NCBI GenBank assembly: GCA_045544435.1
Contig: JAZPZA010000020.1
Location: forward strand, 16,698 to 80,697
Direction of reading: 5' to 3'
Source: Acutalibacteraceae bacterium
Lineage (GTDB): Bacteria > Bacillota > Clostridia > Oscillospirales > Acutalibacteraceae
Length of the DNA: 64,000 nt
The notes below the pieces were generated by a model. That model did not search any database. It had not been told where the DNA came from and saw nothing but the letters and a program-made list of their open reading frames with translations. Positions 27,358 through 34,986 of this stretch are shown here, one piece after another (positions within the stretch are counted from its first letter, which is position 1; each line of letters starts with the position of its first letter). A program made the translations under genes and the position numbers.

Positions 27358-28176
27358 TTAAATTGACTCAGGATTAATTATCGCCTGAGCGCCTGAAAGC
27401 GGCGCGCGCGATATTGCAATTATCACATTTTTTAAAAAATGATTTCTGTTATTATATATTATCCGCGCGTGGTCTATGCGGTAGCCATCAAGAATTTCAG
27501 TGCCGCCCACTGTGGTGCAGGGTATGGCGCGGTAGCGGCAAGAAAGCTCATCTGTGCGCGCGTTAGTACCTAAAAGCCTATCGGCGGTATCTTTACTTAC
27601 AATGATTATTTCTGCAATACCAAAGGTGTCCTTTAGGGAATTGCCTGTATCAATAATTCCTGAAAGATTAATACTTCTTTCATTTATAAATAGCATTACC
27701 TCGCACTGTGCGCTTTGAGGGAATTTTTTAGCAAGCAGCCGCCGCAAAAGCGAGGTTAAAAAATAGCCTGAAACTGAAAATATTATCAGAAAAATAGGGG
27801 ATATATTGAAATACACCACCGAATTATTTATAACCATTCCGTAGGGCTTAAAAATAAACCAAAGTGCTATCATAGCCCCGCTATAAGCAAAGTTTACGCA
27901 AAAAAGAACGGCTGATGCACGAAAAAAGGCTACTAATGATTTAAAGCCGAATGTAACAACCGATAATATTGCGCACATTATAATATGGATTATTATTTCA
28001 AAAACAGGGTGCGACTGCGGTAAAAATATGTAAAGAGAAAAAGCGCCGCCTGCAACTGCCCCCAAGAGTAGCCGCCAAAGACGCGGCTTTAGTCGTAACA
28101 TCGCCGCTGTCAAGCGCAGCAGAAAATAATCAACTATTAGGTTTATAAGGAAAAGTATATCAGCATAGACTGTCAT
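27358..28176 (-). CDS. spoIIGA: Sigma-E processing peptidase SpoIIGA
   Basis: Start set to ATG 28176. Begins MTVYADILFLINLIVDYFLL. It has five or more TM segments, a GIIDTGNSL aspartyl-protease motif, and synteny with sigE. Confidence 0.85.
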   Translation of the reverse strand: MTVYADILFLINLIVDYFLLRLTAAMLRLKPRLWRLLLGAVAGGAFSLYIFLPQSHPVFEIIIHIIMCAILSVVTFGFKSLVAFFRASAVLFCVNFAYSGAMIALWFIFKPYGMVINNSVVYFNISPIFLIIFSVSGYFLTSLLRRLLAKKFPQSAQCEVMLFINERSINLSGIIDTGNSLKDTFGIAEIIIVSKDTADRLLGTNARTDELSCRYRAIPCTTVGGTEILDGYRIDHARIIYNNRNHFLKNVIIAISRAPLSGAQAIINPESI

Positions 28177-28244
28177 CACCGTCACCGAATATAATTATAC
28201 TGCACAAATGGTAAAAATAATGTCGCAAAAAAGAGGCGATAAAA

Positions 28245-28427
28245 AATTAGCAATTTTCAATTAGCAATCGGCAATTAATGAGTTTCGCAAGACGGAACGA
28301 AATTTAAATAACGGACGGTCAATGACCGCCCCTACGATGTGGTTATATATCTCCTGCGTAGGGGCGAGCACTGCTCGCCCGTTTTATTCCGTGACGCACA
28401 AGCAGCAGATCGAAATTATTCATTTTT
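28245..28427. repeat. Composite intergenic repeat A (heptad array + inverted REP-like palindromes + shared 17-mer)
   Basis: Heptads AATTAGC/AATTTTC/AATTAGC/AATCGGC/AATTAAT at 28245-28279. acggacggtcaatgaccgcccctacg (28311-28336) is mirrored by cgtaggggcgagcactgctcgcccgt (28357-28382). cgaaattattcattttt (28411-28427) is identical to 31550-31566. Confidence 0.7.
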
Positions 28428-28443
28428 GATTTTTGATAAAAAG

Positions 28444-28471
28444 AAAAAGCGGTGTGCATAATGCACACCGC
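28444..28471 (-). terminator. Terminator ending the 601-aa-protein / 33-aa-ORF transcript
   Basis: gcggtgtg-cataatg-cacaccgc, followed on the minus strand by TTTTT. It lies 15 nt below the double stop of the small ORF. Confidence 0.7.
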
Positions 28472-28485
28472 TTTGGGGCTTGTTA

Positions 28486-28587
28486 TTAAAGTCCTTCGGT
28501 TTCTTCGTCCTCTAATGTGGGAAGACTTGTAACGATTACATCGTCTAAATCTAAGTTATAAATATCGATTTCTGCTTTTTTAAACAT
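28486..28587 (-). CDS. 33-aa highly acidic peptide of unknown function
   Basis: Below the ORF-track cut-off. GGAGGAG SD (28596-28602), 8-nt spacer, ATG at 28587. Translation is MFKKAEIDIYNLDLDDVIVTSLPTLEDEETEGL, ending in TAATAA. It sits between the 601-aa gene stop and the terminator. Confidence 0.5.
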   Translation of the reverse strand: MFKKAEIDIYNLDLDDVIVTSLPTLEDEETEGL

Positions 28588-28619
28588 TTCAATTTCTCCT
28601 CCTATTTAGTGATGTATCA

Positions 28620-30425
28620 TTACTGCTCTACTGGGAAGCGTTTTAGAAGCATATCGTTATAGTAAACCAAAGCCTTGGCAACATTTGAAAGCTTTGTGTA
28701 CTTCGCTATATTGTTTTCGGTTGTTGCCTCATCAAGCTTCGCTTGCGCCTTAATTGCATAGCCTTCAACGCTATAAGTGCCTACGAACATTTCGGTACCA
28801 TCATATGTTATAGTAACTGTTATCGGTGTTCTCATTTGTCTTGAGCCGATATCAAGTGTGTAAGCGTGATACCTACCTGATTTTTCATCATACTGCATTT
28901 GAGTTGCATTTACGGTGGCAAGAGTTTCTTCACCATTTTTAAAGGTTACTTCCACTTTCTCATTCTGCTTATATTCACCATTGAAAGCGAATTGGAATTT
29001 AAGGGAAGCATTGGTGCGAAGAATTAAAGAGGTTGTGTGCACCTTGCAGTCTGCTAACTCGGCAATATTTTCTGGTTCCGTATTCGTTTGGGAAAGTGTA
29101 ACAGCATTATAGGCATTCTTTAATTCTTCTGCAAGCTCTGCATTTGCCGTAGCAGTTTCACCTGCATAGGTTTGTGCAGCTGCGCCGTAATCAAGCAAGG
29201 AAGCAAAGAGCGCTTTATCGGCAGCGGTAGGAGTGCTTCCATCACTATAAACAGCTGTGCCATTAACTACTTCATAGCAGTAATCAGCAATGCTATAAGC
29301 CTTTGTGGGACCGCAACTAAAGGAGGTTCCATTATCTGCCAAAACTGTAAACAATAAGTCATCGCCTATATGCCTTGCTGGAGCTCCTGTGAAGGTGAAT
29401 TTTATATATCCACCTTCCTCCTCACCTTCTATTACCGAAATATTCTCTCTGCTTTGAGCGCCTTCAACTTCGCTGTTTCCGCCGAATTGATGATACTTAT
29501 AACCATCACTCGGGCAAACTATCAATTTGAAATTGTAACCATCGCGCTTATTGGTTAGAATGTTAATATCAAGTGTGTCTGTAGATTCGTTATAATAAGT
29601 ATTAATACCACGAACGGCATATCTTGACTCCATAGTTCTAGTTGCATCATCAGGCCTTACCTGTTTAATTGGTGTAGAACAAAGTCTACATGTTGTATCA
29701 TAAAATTCATAGTATTCTTCTTTATTTACAGCACCAATTGAACGACTATAAGTGTGAACATGGATATAATCTTCAAATGCAGACTCTGTAGAAGTTGTAA
29801 CACTATCTGAGTTTGTAACATTAAAATAGGTTTTACTATTTTCACCCGACATATTAATATCGTCAATCTTTACAACATATCTATTCCAAGTACCCAAGCC
29901 GCTAACGCCAGTACCATTGTCCGGACCATCTATTTGCTCAAACTTAAGTCTCAAGGTGAGTGAGTTATAAAATCTACGAGTGTCATCCTGCACATTGTTG
30001 TCCTTCGCGCCATCGCCGACAGCAAGAACAGCATAAGGATCATCAGGGAACTCTTCGGTGGGGCCTGAAACCCCTATTTCAGGCACAAAAGCGACGCCGC
30101 CATCGGACATTTCAGCACTAACAAATTCAGCACCAACCAAAGCTATAGGATCAGCAGTGGATGCAGAGCACGAACCATTAGTAGCAACTGCTAAAACTTC
30201 ACTTGAATCAACTATGAAATCAACTGCAGAAAATGGTTCATTTTGAGCTGCGGTAAAGGTTACCAGAGCATAAGCCTCAGTATCGCCCTGAAGCTCAACC
30301 GAGCATTTGATATCATATGTTGCTTCGACGGTTTCCGCACTTACGGTGCCCCCGAGGAACATTGATGTAATTATTGCCATCATAAGTATGGCTGCGACAG
30401 CTCTGCTTAAGAATTTCTTAGACAT
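28620..30425 (-). CDS. Secreted 601-aa protein of unknown function
   Basis: Sec-type signal peptide MSKKFLSRAVAAILMMAIITSMFLGGTVSA/ET. No LPXTG, SLH or TM anchor and no recognised catalytic motif. Confidence 0.75.
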   Translation of the reverse strand: MSKKFLSRAVAAILMMAIITSMFLGGTVSAETVEATYDIKCSVELQGDTEAYALVTFTAAQNEPFSAVDFIVDSSEVLAVATNGSCSASTADPIALVGAEFVSAEMSDGGVAFVPEIGVSGPTEEFPDDPYAVLAVGDGAKDNNVQDDTRRFYNSLTLRLKFEQIDGPDNGTGVSGLGTWNRYVVKIDDINMSGENSKTYFNVTNSDSVTTSTESAFEDYIHVHTYSRSIGAVNKEEYYEFYDTTCRLCSTPIKQVRPDDATRTMESRYAVRGINTYYNESTDTLDINILTNKRDGYNFKLIVCPSDGYKYHQFGGNSEVEGAQSRENISVIEGEEEGGYIKFTFTGAPARHIGDDLLFTVLADNGTSFSCGPTKAYSIADYCYEVVNGTAVYSDGSTPTAADKALFASLLDYGAAAQTYAGETATANAELAEELKNAYNAVTLSQTNTEPENIAELADCKVHTTSLILRTNASLKFQFAFNGEYKQNEKVEVTFKNGEETLATVNATQMQYDEKSGRYHAYTLDIGSRQMRTPITVTITYDGTEMFVGTYSVEGYAIKAQAKLDEATTENNIAKYTKLSNVAKALVYYNDMLLKRFPVEQ

Positions 30426-30529
30426 GTCGATTTTCTCCTAACCGGCAATAAGCCAAATAAATTATGTGCCCTAAGGGCATCGAAAAAATAGGTACGCAAA
30501 CAAGACCGTACTTCTACGGCTACTGTAAC

Positions 30530-30558
30530 ATTATAGCACCGTCAATTGCAAATTGCAA
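30530..30558 (-). promoter_or_regulatory. Promoter of the 601-aa-protein operon
   Basis: On the minus strand: TTGCAA (30553-30558), a 17-nt spacer, and TATAAT (30530-35). The -35 lies inside the AATTGCA heptad pair. Confidence 0.6.
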
Positions 30559-30632
30559 GCAGAAAAATGATATTATTTAATAAAAATTATAAAAAATTTT
30601 AATCAATTTTGAAAATGTATACAAAAAGCGCA

Positions 30633-30661
30633 TTGACAATTGTTTTTTATTATCGTATCAT
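30633..30661 (+). promoter_or_regulatory. Promoter of the pqqD-like/S26 peptidase pair
   Basis: TTGACA at 30633-30638, a 17-nt spacer, and TATCAT at 30656-30661. Confidence 0.55.
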
Positions 30662-30682
30662 TCTAATAAAGGCGGTGTTTTT

Positions 30683-30949
30683 TTGAAGCTCAAGTATGAT
30701 TTTGTGGTAAATAATGTTGCGGGTGACACGGTGGCTGTATCGGTTGGTGATACGGGCGGCCGCTTCAACGGCTATATAAAGCTTAATGAAACGGGCGCAT
30801 TTATATTTGATATGCTAAAAAGTGATGTTACGCGCGATGAAATAATCGACGCTGTTTTAAAAAAATATAGTGATGCCACGCTATCTGACGCCGAAGAGAC
30901 GGTTGATGAATTCATCGCAAAGCTTGAAAAGGCGGAGCTTTTAATATGA
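30683..30949 (+). CDS. PqqD-family (RRE-like) small protein
   Basis: TTG start. The sequence ..GYIKLNETGAFIFDMLKSDVTRDEIIDAVLKKYSDATLSDAEETVDEFIAKLEKAELLI follows the PqqD/PF05402 pattern. Confidence 0.75.
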   Translation: MKLKYDFVVNNVAGDTVAVSVGDTGGRFNGYIKLNETGAFIFDMLKSDVTRDEIIDAVLKKYSDATLSDAEETVDEFIAKLEKAELLI

Positions 30950-31410
30950 ATGATGCGGTAAATCTTAATTCTGTGGAGGAAAAGCTTAAAACTCAACCAC
31001 AGGTATCCTGCCTTACCTCGGGGGCGAGTATGAAACCTCTTTTTAAAACGCATCGGGATATTGCGGTGATAAACAGAGTGGTAAATCCGCTTAAGGTAAA
31101 CGATGTTGTGCTTTATAGGTACAGAGAGGGCGACAAGCTTATACTTCACAGGATAATTAAAATTCTGCCTGACGGCACATATATAATAAGGGGCGACAGC
31201 ACATATACAAATGAATATGTGAAACGCAATATGATAATTGGCGTGCTTGACAGCCTTTACCGCAGGGGTAAATATATAAACTGCCAAGCCTCAAAGGGTT
31301 ATCGCGCTTACGTTATATATATAAGGCTAAGCTATCCTGTAAGATTTATATTGCGCAGGGTGCGCAGTATGCTTGGACGGATAAAAAGGAAATTAGTAAT
31401 TAACAATTAG
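30946..31410 (+). CDS. S26-family peptidase, SipW/ER-type (Ser-His), without TM anchor
   Basis: ATGA overlap with the pqqD-like gene. Motifs SGASMKPLF (Ser box), GDKLILHRII (His box as in SipW ..THRIV..) and IRGDSTYTNE. No hydrophobic anchor, only a basic amphipathic C-terminus. Confidence 0.7.
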   Translation: MNDAVNLNSVEEKLKTQPQVSCLTSGASMKPLFKTHRDIAVINRVVNPLKVNDVVLYRYREGDKLILHRIIKILPDGTYIIRGDSTYTNEYVKRNMIIGVLDSLYRRGKYINCQASKGYRAYVIYIRLSYPVRFILRRVRSMLGRIKRKLVINN

Positions 31411-31699
31411 CAATTAGCAATTATTGCGAAAGACAAGGTACGGTTCCCTGTCTTTCGTGTTGCGTAATAGTTTTACTATCTTCCCACCGCAAGCGGTCCC
31501 CCCTCCTTTAGGCAAGGAGGGCCTTTTATATTCTTGCCGTAAGGCACACCGAAATTATTCATTTTTCATTATTCATCATTCATTATTCATTAATTTTTGG
31601 CGGACAGTCGAGGACGCCTGTCCCTACGGTACATATATAAAAACCACATTATAAGGAAAGCTTCCTTGCAATGTGGTTTTTAATTGCTAATTGCTAATT
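31405..31699. repeat. Composite intergenic repeat B, 295 bp with perfect 19-bp terminal inverted repeats
   Basis: aattagcaattagcaatta at 31405-31423 is the exact reverse complement of 31681-31699. Internal hairpins lie at 31427-31457, 31501-31521 and 31599-31629. An ATTATTC heptad array spans 31550-31597. A bidirectional terminator lies at 31640-31681. Confidence 0.75.
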
Positions 31700-34295
31700 A
31701 TTTTAAAAGGTCGGTATCGATTTTAAATCCGCCTTCGAGGCTTGTCTCTTGCGAATTATCATCGGGTAGTATATCGTCATCGAGAATGCTTTTGCGCTCG
31801 GATATCACCGACTTATAAATTGCGGCTGTTTCGGCAATATCATCCTTTTGCCATTGCTCGATAAGCATGTCGCCCTCGGGGTATTCGGTATCGGTGGGAT
31901 GCTTTTTTATATAAAGCGAAGCGGCTGCAAAGTATATAAGGAACACGGCTACTGATATTACAGTAATTATCACACCCGCTGTGAGCCCCGGTGTTTTATA
32001 ATCAAAGCGAATAGCGCTAACCCCTGCCTCAACAGGAACCGCCATAAATCCGACATTAACCTTTTCTATCTCCACCGCCTCGCCGTTTACTGTGGCGGAC
32101 CAACCTTTATCATAGGGAATAGAGAAAAACACTAAGGATTTGCTATCGCGGGTAACGGTGGCGGTAAAGCCGCCGTTATCGGTGCTGAAATTATCTGCCG
32201 CAGTGGCGCGAAGAGCAGCGCAATCCTCAGCCATAGCATCATCCGATAAACTAAGCGTGGTACCAAGCGTGTCGGAATAATTGCCTGCGGAATTGAGTGT
32301 TTCAATATCTGTCATATAGCCGGCATATTTTTCTATCTGCTCATCTGAAAGCAATATAGCCTTAAGCATAAGGCGGGAACGGCTTTCCACATTATAGCTG
32401 CCGCAAAAGTCATGGCTCATATAATAATCGTATGAAAAACCGTAGGGTATATAATTCTTATTTTCATAAACATAATATCCGCCACTGGTTTTTACATATT
32501 CGTAATCGGGCATAAGTGTTTCGCCATCCTCGACAAAGCTATCACCGCCGTTACGATTAAGCAGATACCTCACCGAAAGCAGAGGTCTTATAGCGGGGAT
32601 ATCGGTGTCGGGGCGACTGGCAACAGAACGGTCAACACCTATATACTCATAAAAATCAACAATGGACGCAGGCACTACAGAATGAAACGCATTAATTGTG
32701 GGAAGCCCCAGATACATACCCGTGTTATCAACACCGTCATAAACATCAACACGGAAATCCTCACTTTCACCCTCGAGCACCACCTCGCCCTCGATAAGCT
32801 GGTCTATCATAACTTCCTTTATTTCATAAGAATGCGTTCTGCCAAGTGCCACAAACACATTAGCGTATATAACCGATATTACACATACATAGGCTATAGC
32901 GCTTTTATAAAATGCGGTTCTATCGTCTTTCAGTATTTTAAGCAGCATTTTTAAAATAAACAGCGAAATTATTGCTATTAGGCAGGTCACAAAGAAGCGC
33001 ACCATATAGGTGCCGTCCTCACTTGGCGTGTAAAGACCAAAGACAAGCTCACCTTCACTGTTTTTCTGCGGGAAAAAGCCAATTACGGCGGTAAAGGCAA
33101 GTGTGATACCGCTAACCCAGCTAAAGCCTGAGGACCAGTCTACCGAGTTGTCCTCGGTGAGCATAACGGTGGCAAGACACATCATAAGAATGGGCATATA
33201 AAACCAACGCGCATAGTATGACGAATTGAAAGCATAAAAGGCGCTGTTTAAAATAGGCACCATTGCCATAAAGGCGCATATTGCGATAATTCGTTTAAGC
33301 CAACTACCCTTTTTATGAATAAACCAAGTGAAAACGCCCACCATACTAAACACAGGCAGCCAGCCCCCCAAGGAGGACCATTTCACATTGGCGTGTGGGA
33401 AAAAGACAGGGCGTGCAGGAAGGTCGGGCGGGAAAAAGAAGCACTGGATAACATTTAGGTATATCTGCTCCTTGCCATAGGTGATACCGTTCCAGCCGAG
33501 GAGTATATTAGAAACGCGGGAATTATCGGTTATAGCAGAAAGTGCGGGAACGAGCAGAGCCGCCGCCATCAAAAGGCCTATTACCGCTTCAAACGCAAGC
33601 ACTGCAAAGCGGGAAATCTTAACCTTTATAGCGCCCGAAAGCAGACGGACAAAGAAGTAAATTATGCTGAATACCACCATACCGAAAAAGAAAAAGTAAT
33701 TCGTAATCGCGCTAAGGGTAACACAAAGCGCGAACACGCCGCGGCGGTTTTCGGTTATGAGCAGCTCAAGGCTCAAAAGCAGAAGCGGAAAAACGATTAT
33801 AGCCTCGTGAAAGTGGTTAAAGAAAATATTATAGATAGAAAAGCCCGAAAATGCATACAAAAGACCGCCAAGGCTTGCCGCCTGCGCAGTTTTAGTGAAA
33901 CGGCGGATATACATATATGCTGTTAGCGCGGCGCAGCCGAATTTTAATATAAACAGCGGGCCCATAAGATAAGGCACAAAGGAATTAGGAAAAATAAGTG
34001 TTATCCAGAAAAACGGACTGCCAAGCAGATAAAATGCATAAGAGCCCACAAAATTAGAGCCAAGGTCGGTAGTAAAGCTCCAGTTAACATTACCTTCGCG
34101 GATTGCCTGATGGCACATCTGATAAAATGGGATTTGCTGAACATTGAAATCACCGAAAAAGGTGAAATATCCCTCACTTAAAATCATATAGGGCACAAAA
34201 AAGCAAGCGGCAACCGCCATAGCTATTAAAAATGTAAAAAGCCTCTTTTCCTTTTGGGGGCGAAGCGAGGTAAGCTTATTATATGAAAAGGTCAT
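31698..34295 (-). CDS. YfhO-family membrane protein (putative glycosyl-transfer to cell-envelope polymer)
   Basis: 865 aa and polytopic. The N-terminal region ..FFVPYMILSEGYFTFFGDFNVQQIPFY..GSPFFW.. is typical of YfhO. Confidence 0.8.
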   Translation of the reverse strand: MTFSYNKLTSLRPQKEKRLFTFLIAMAVAACFFVPYMILSEGYFTFFGDFNVQQIPFYQMCHQAIREGNVNWSFTTDLGSNFVGSYAFYLLGSPFFWITLIFPNSFVPYLMGPLFILKFGCAALTAYMYIRRFTKTAQAASLGGLLYAFSGFSIYNIFFNHFHEAIIVFPLLLLSLELLITENRRGVFALCVTLSAITNYFFFFGMVVFSIIYFFVRLLSGAIKVKISRFAVLAFEAVIGLLMAAALLVPALSAITDNSRVSNILLGWNGITYGKEQIYLNVIQCFFFPPDLPARPVFFPHANVKWSSLGGWLPVFSMVGVFTWFIHKKGSWLKRIIAICAFMAMVPILNSAFYAFNSSYYARWFYMPILMMCLATVMLTEDNSVDWSSGFSWVSGITLAFTAVIGFFPQKNSEGELVFGLYTPSEDGTYMVRFFVTCLIAIISLFILKMLLKILKDDRTAFYKSAIAYVCVISVIYANVFVALGRTHSYEIKEVMIDQLIEGEVVLEGESEDFRVDVYDGVDNTGMYLGLPTINAFHSVVPASIVDFYEYIGVDRSVASRPDTDIPAIRPLLSVRYLLNRNGGDSFVEDGETLMPDYEYVKTSGGYYVYENKNYIPYGFSYDYYMSHDFCGSYNVESRSRLMLKAILLSDEQIEKYAGYMTDIETLNSAGNYSDTLGTTLSLSDDAMAEDCAALRATAADNFSTDNGGFTATVTRDSKSLVFFSIPYDKGWSATVNGEAVEIEKVNVGFMAVPVEAGVSAIRFDYKTPGLTAGVIITVISVAVFLIYFAAASLYIKKHPTDTEYPEGDMLIEQWQKDDIAETAAIYKSVISERKSILDDDILPDDNSQETSLEGGFKIDTDLLK

Positions 34296-34367
34296 TCTAT
34301 CCCCTACCTTAATAAAAATTATATATTGATATTATAACAAGTTTTGGTATAATATTCAATAAAGGAA

Positions 34368-34949
34368 GTGATAATTTTGGCAAGCCATTTTTATGCGATG
34401 CTATCCAGAATGAAAAATATATACCGTTGGGGTCTTATGCGAAACACAAGGCAGGAAAACTTAAGCGAGCACAGCCTTGAGGTCGCCTTTATAGCCCACG
34501 CGCTTGCAATAATCAAAAACAAGCGTTTTGGCGGCAAGGTTGATGCAAATGCAGTTGCGGTTGCCGCAATGTTTCACGATACAAGCGAGATAATAACAGG
34601 TGATATGCCAACACCTATTAAATACTATAACGCGAACATTAAAAGTGTTTATAAGGAAATAGAGGATATTGCCGAAGAAAAACTTATAAATATGCTGCCT
34701 ACCGATATAAGAGAGGATTTCTCCCCTATTTATAATGTAGATGAACAGTCCGCACGCATCATAAAAGCGGCAGATAAAATTTCAGCGCTTATCAAATGCA
34801 TCGAGGAAAGAAATTCGGGAAACCGCGAGTTTTCCTCTGCTGAAAAATCAACCCTTGAAGCAATAAAGGCATTAAATCTACCCGAAGCCGATGCTTTTCT
34901 TGAAGAATTTATTGAAAGCTTTACACTCACTCTTGATGAATTGCAATAA
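34368..34949 (+). CDS. HD-domain 5'-deoxynucleotidase, YfbR-like
   Basis: SHFYAMLSRMKNIYRWGLMRNTRQENLSEHSLEVAFIAHALA parallels E. coli YfbR. HD motif at MFHDTSE. The true start may be TTG at 34377. Confidence 0.8.
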   Translation: MIILASHFYAMLSRMKNIYRWGLMRNTRQENLSEHSLEVAFIAHALAIIKNKRFGGKVDANAVAVAAMFHDTSEIITGDMPTPIKYYNANIKSVYKEIEDIAEEKLINMLPTDIREDFSPIYNVDEQSARIIKAADKISALIKCIEERNSGNREFSSAEKSTLEAIKALNLPEADAFLEEFIESFTLTLDELQ

Positions 34950-34986
34950 AAAAATTGACTGCTGAACTTCAGCAGTCAATTTTTTA

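Noticed and set aside
28245-28279. Possibility that the short tandem arrays are CRISPR arrays
   Set aside because: The units are 7 nt with no spacers, there are only 2-6 copies, and no cas genes are in the window.
30772-31287. 171-aa minus-strand ORF across the PqqD-like and S26 peptidase genes
   Set aside because: It is antisense to two genes with recognisable family motifs and translational coupling, it has no SD, and its composition is that of a shadow frame.
31424-31654. 76-aa ORF inside repeat B, plus the 40506-40718 and 40543-40764 ORFs over repeat C
   Set aside because: These frames are translations of palindromic and heptad repeats (for example NCELCIVNCEL). The 40.5-kb ones are also antisense to a small gene that has a strong SD.
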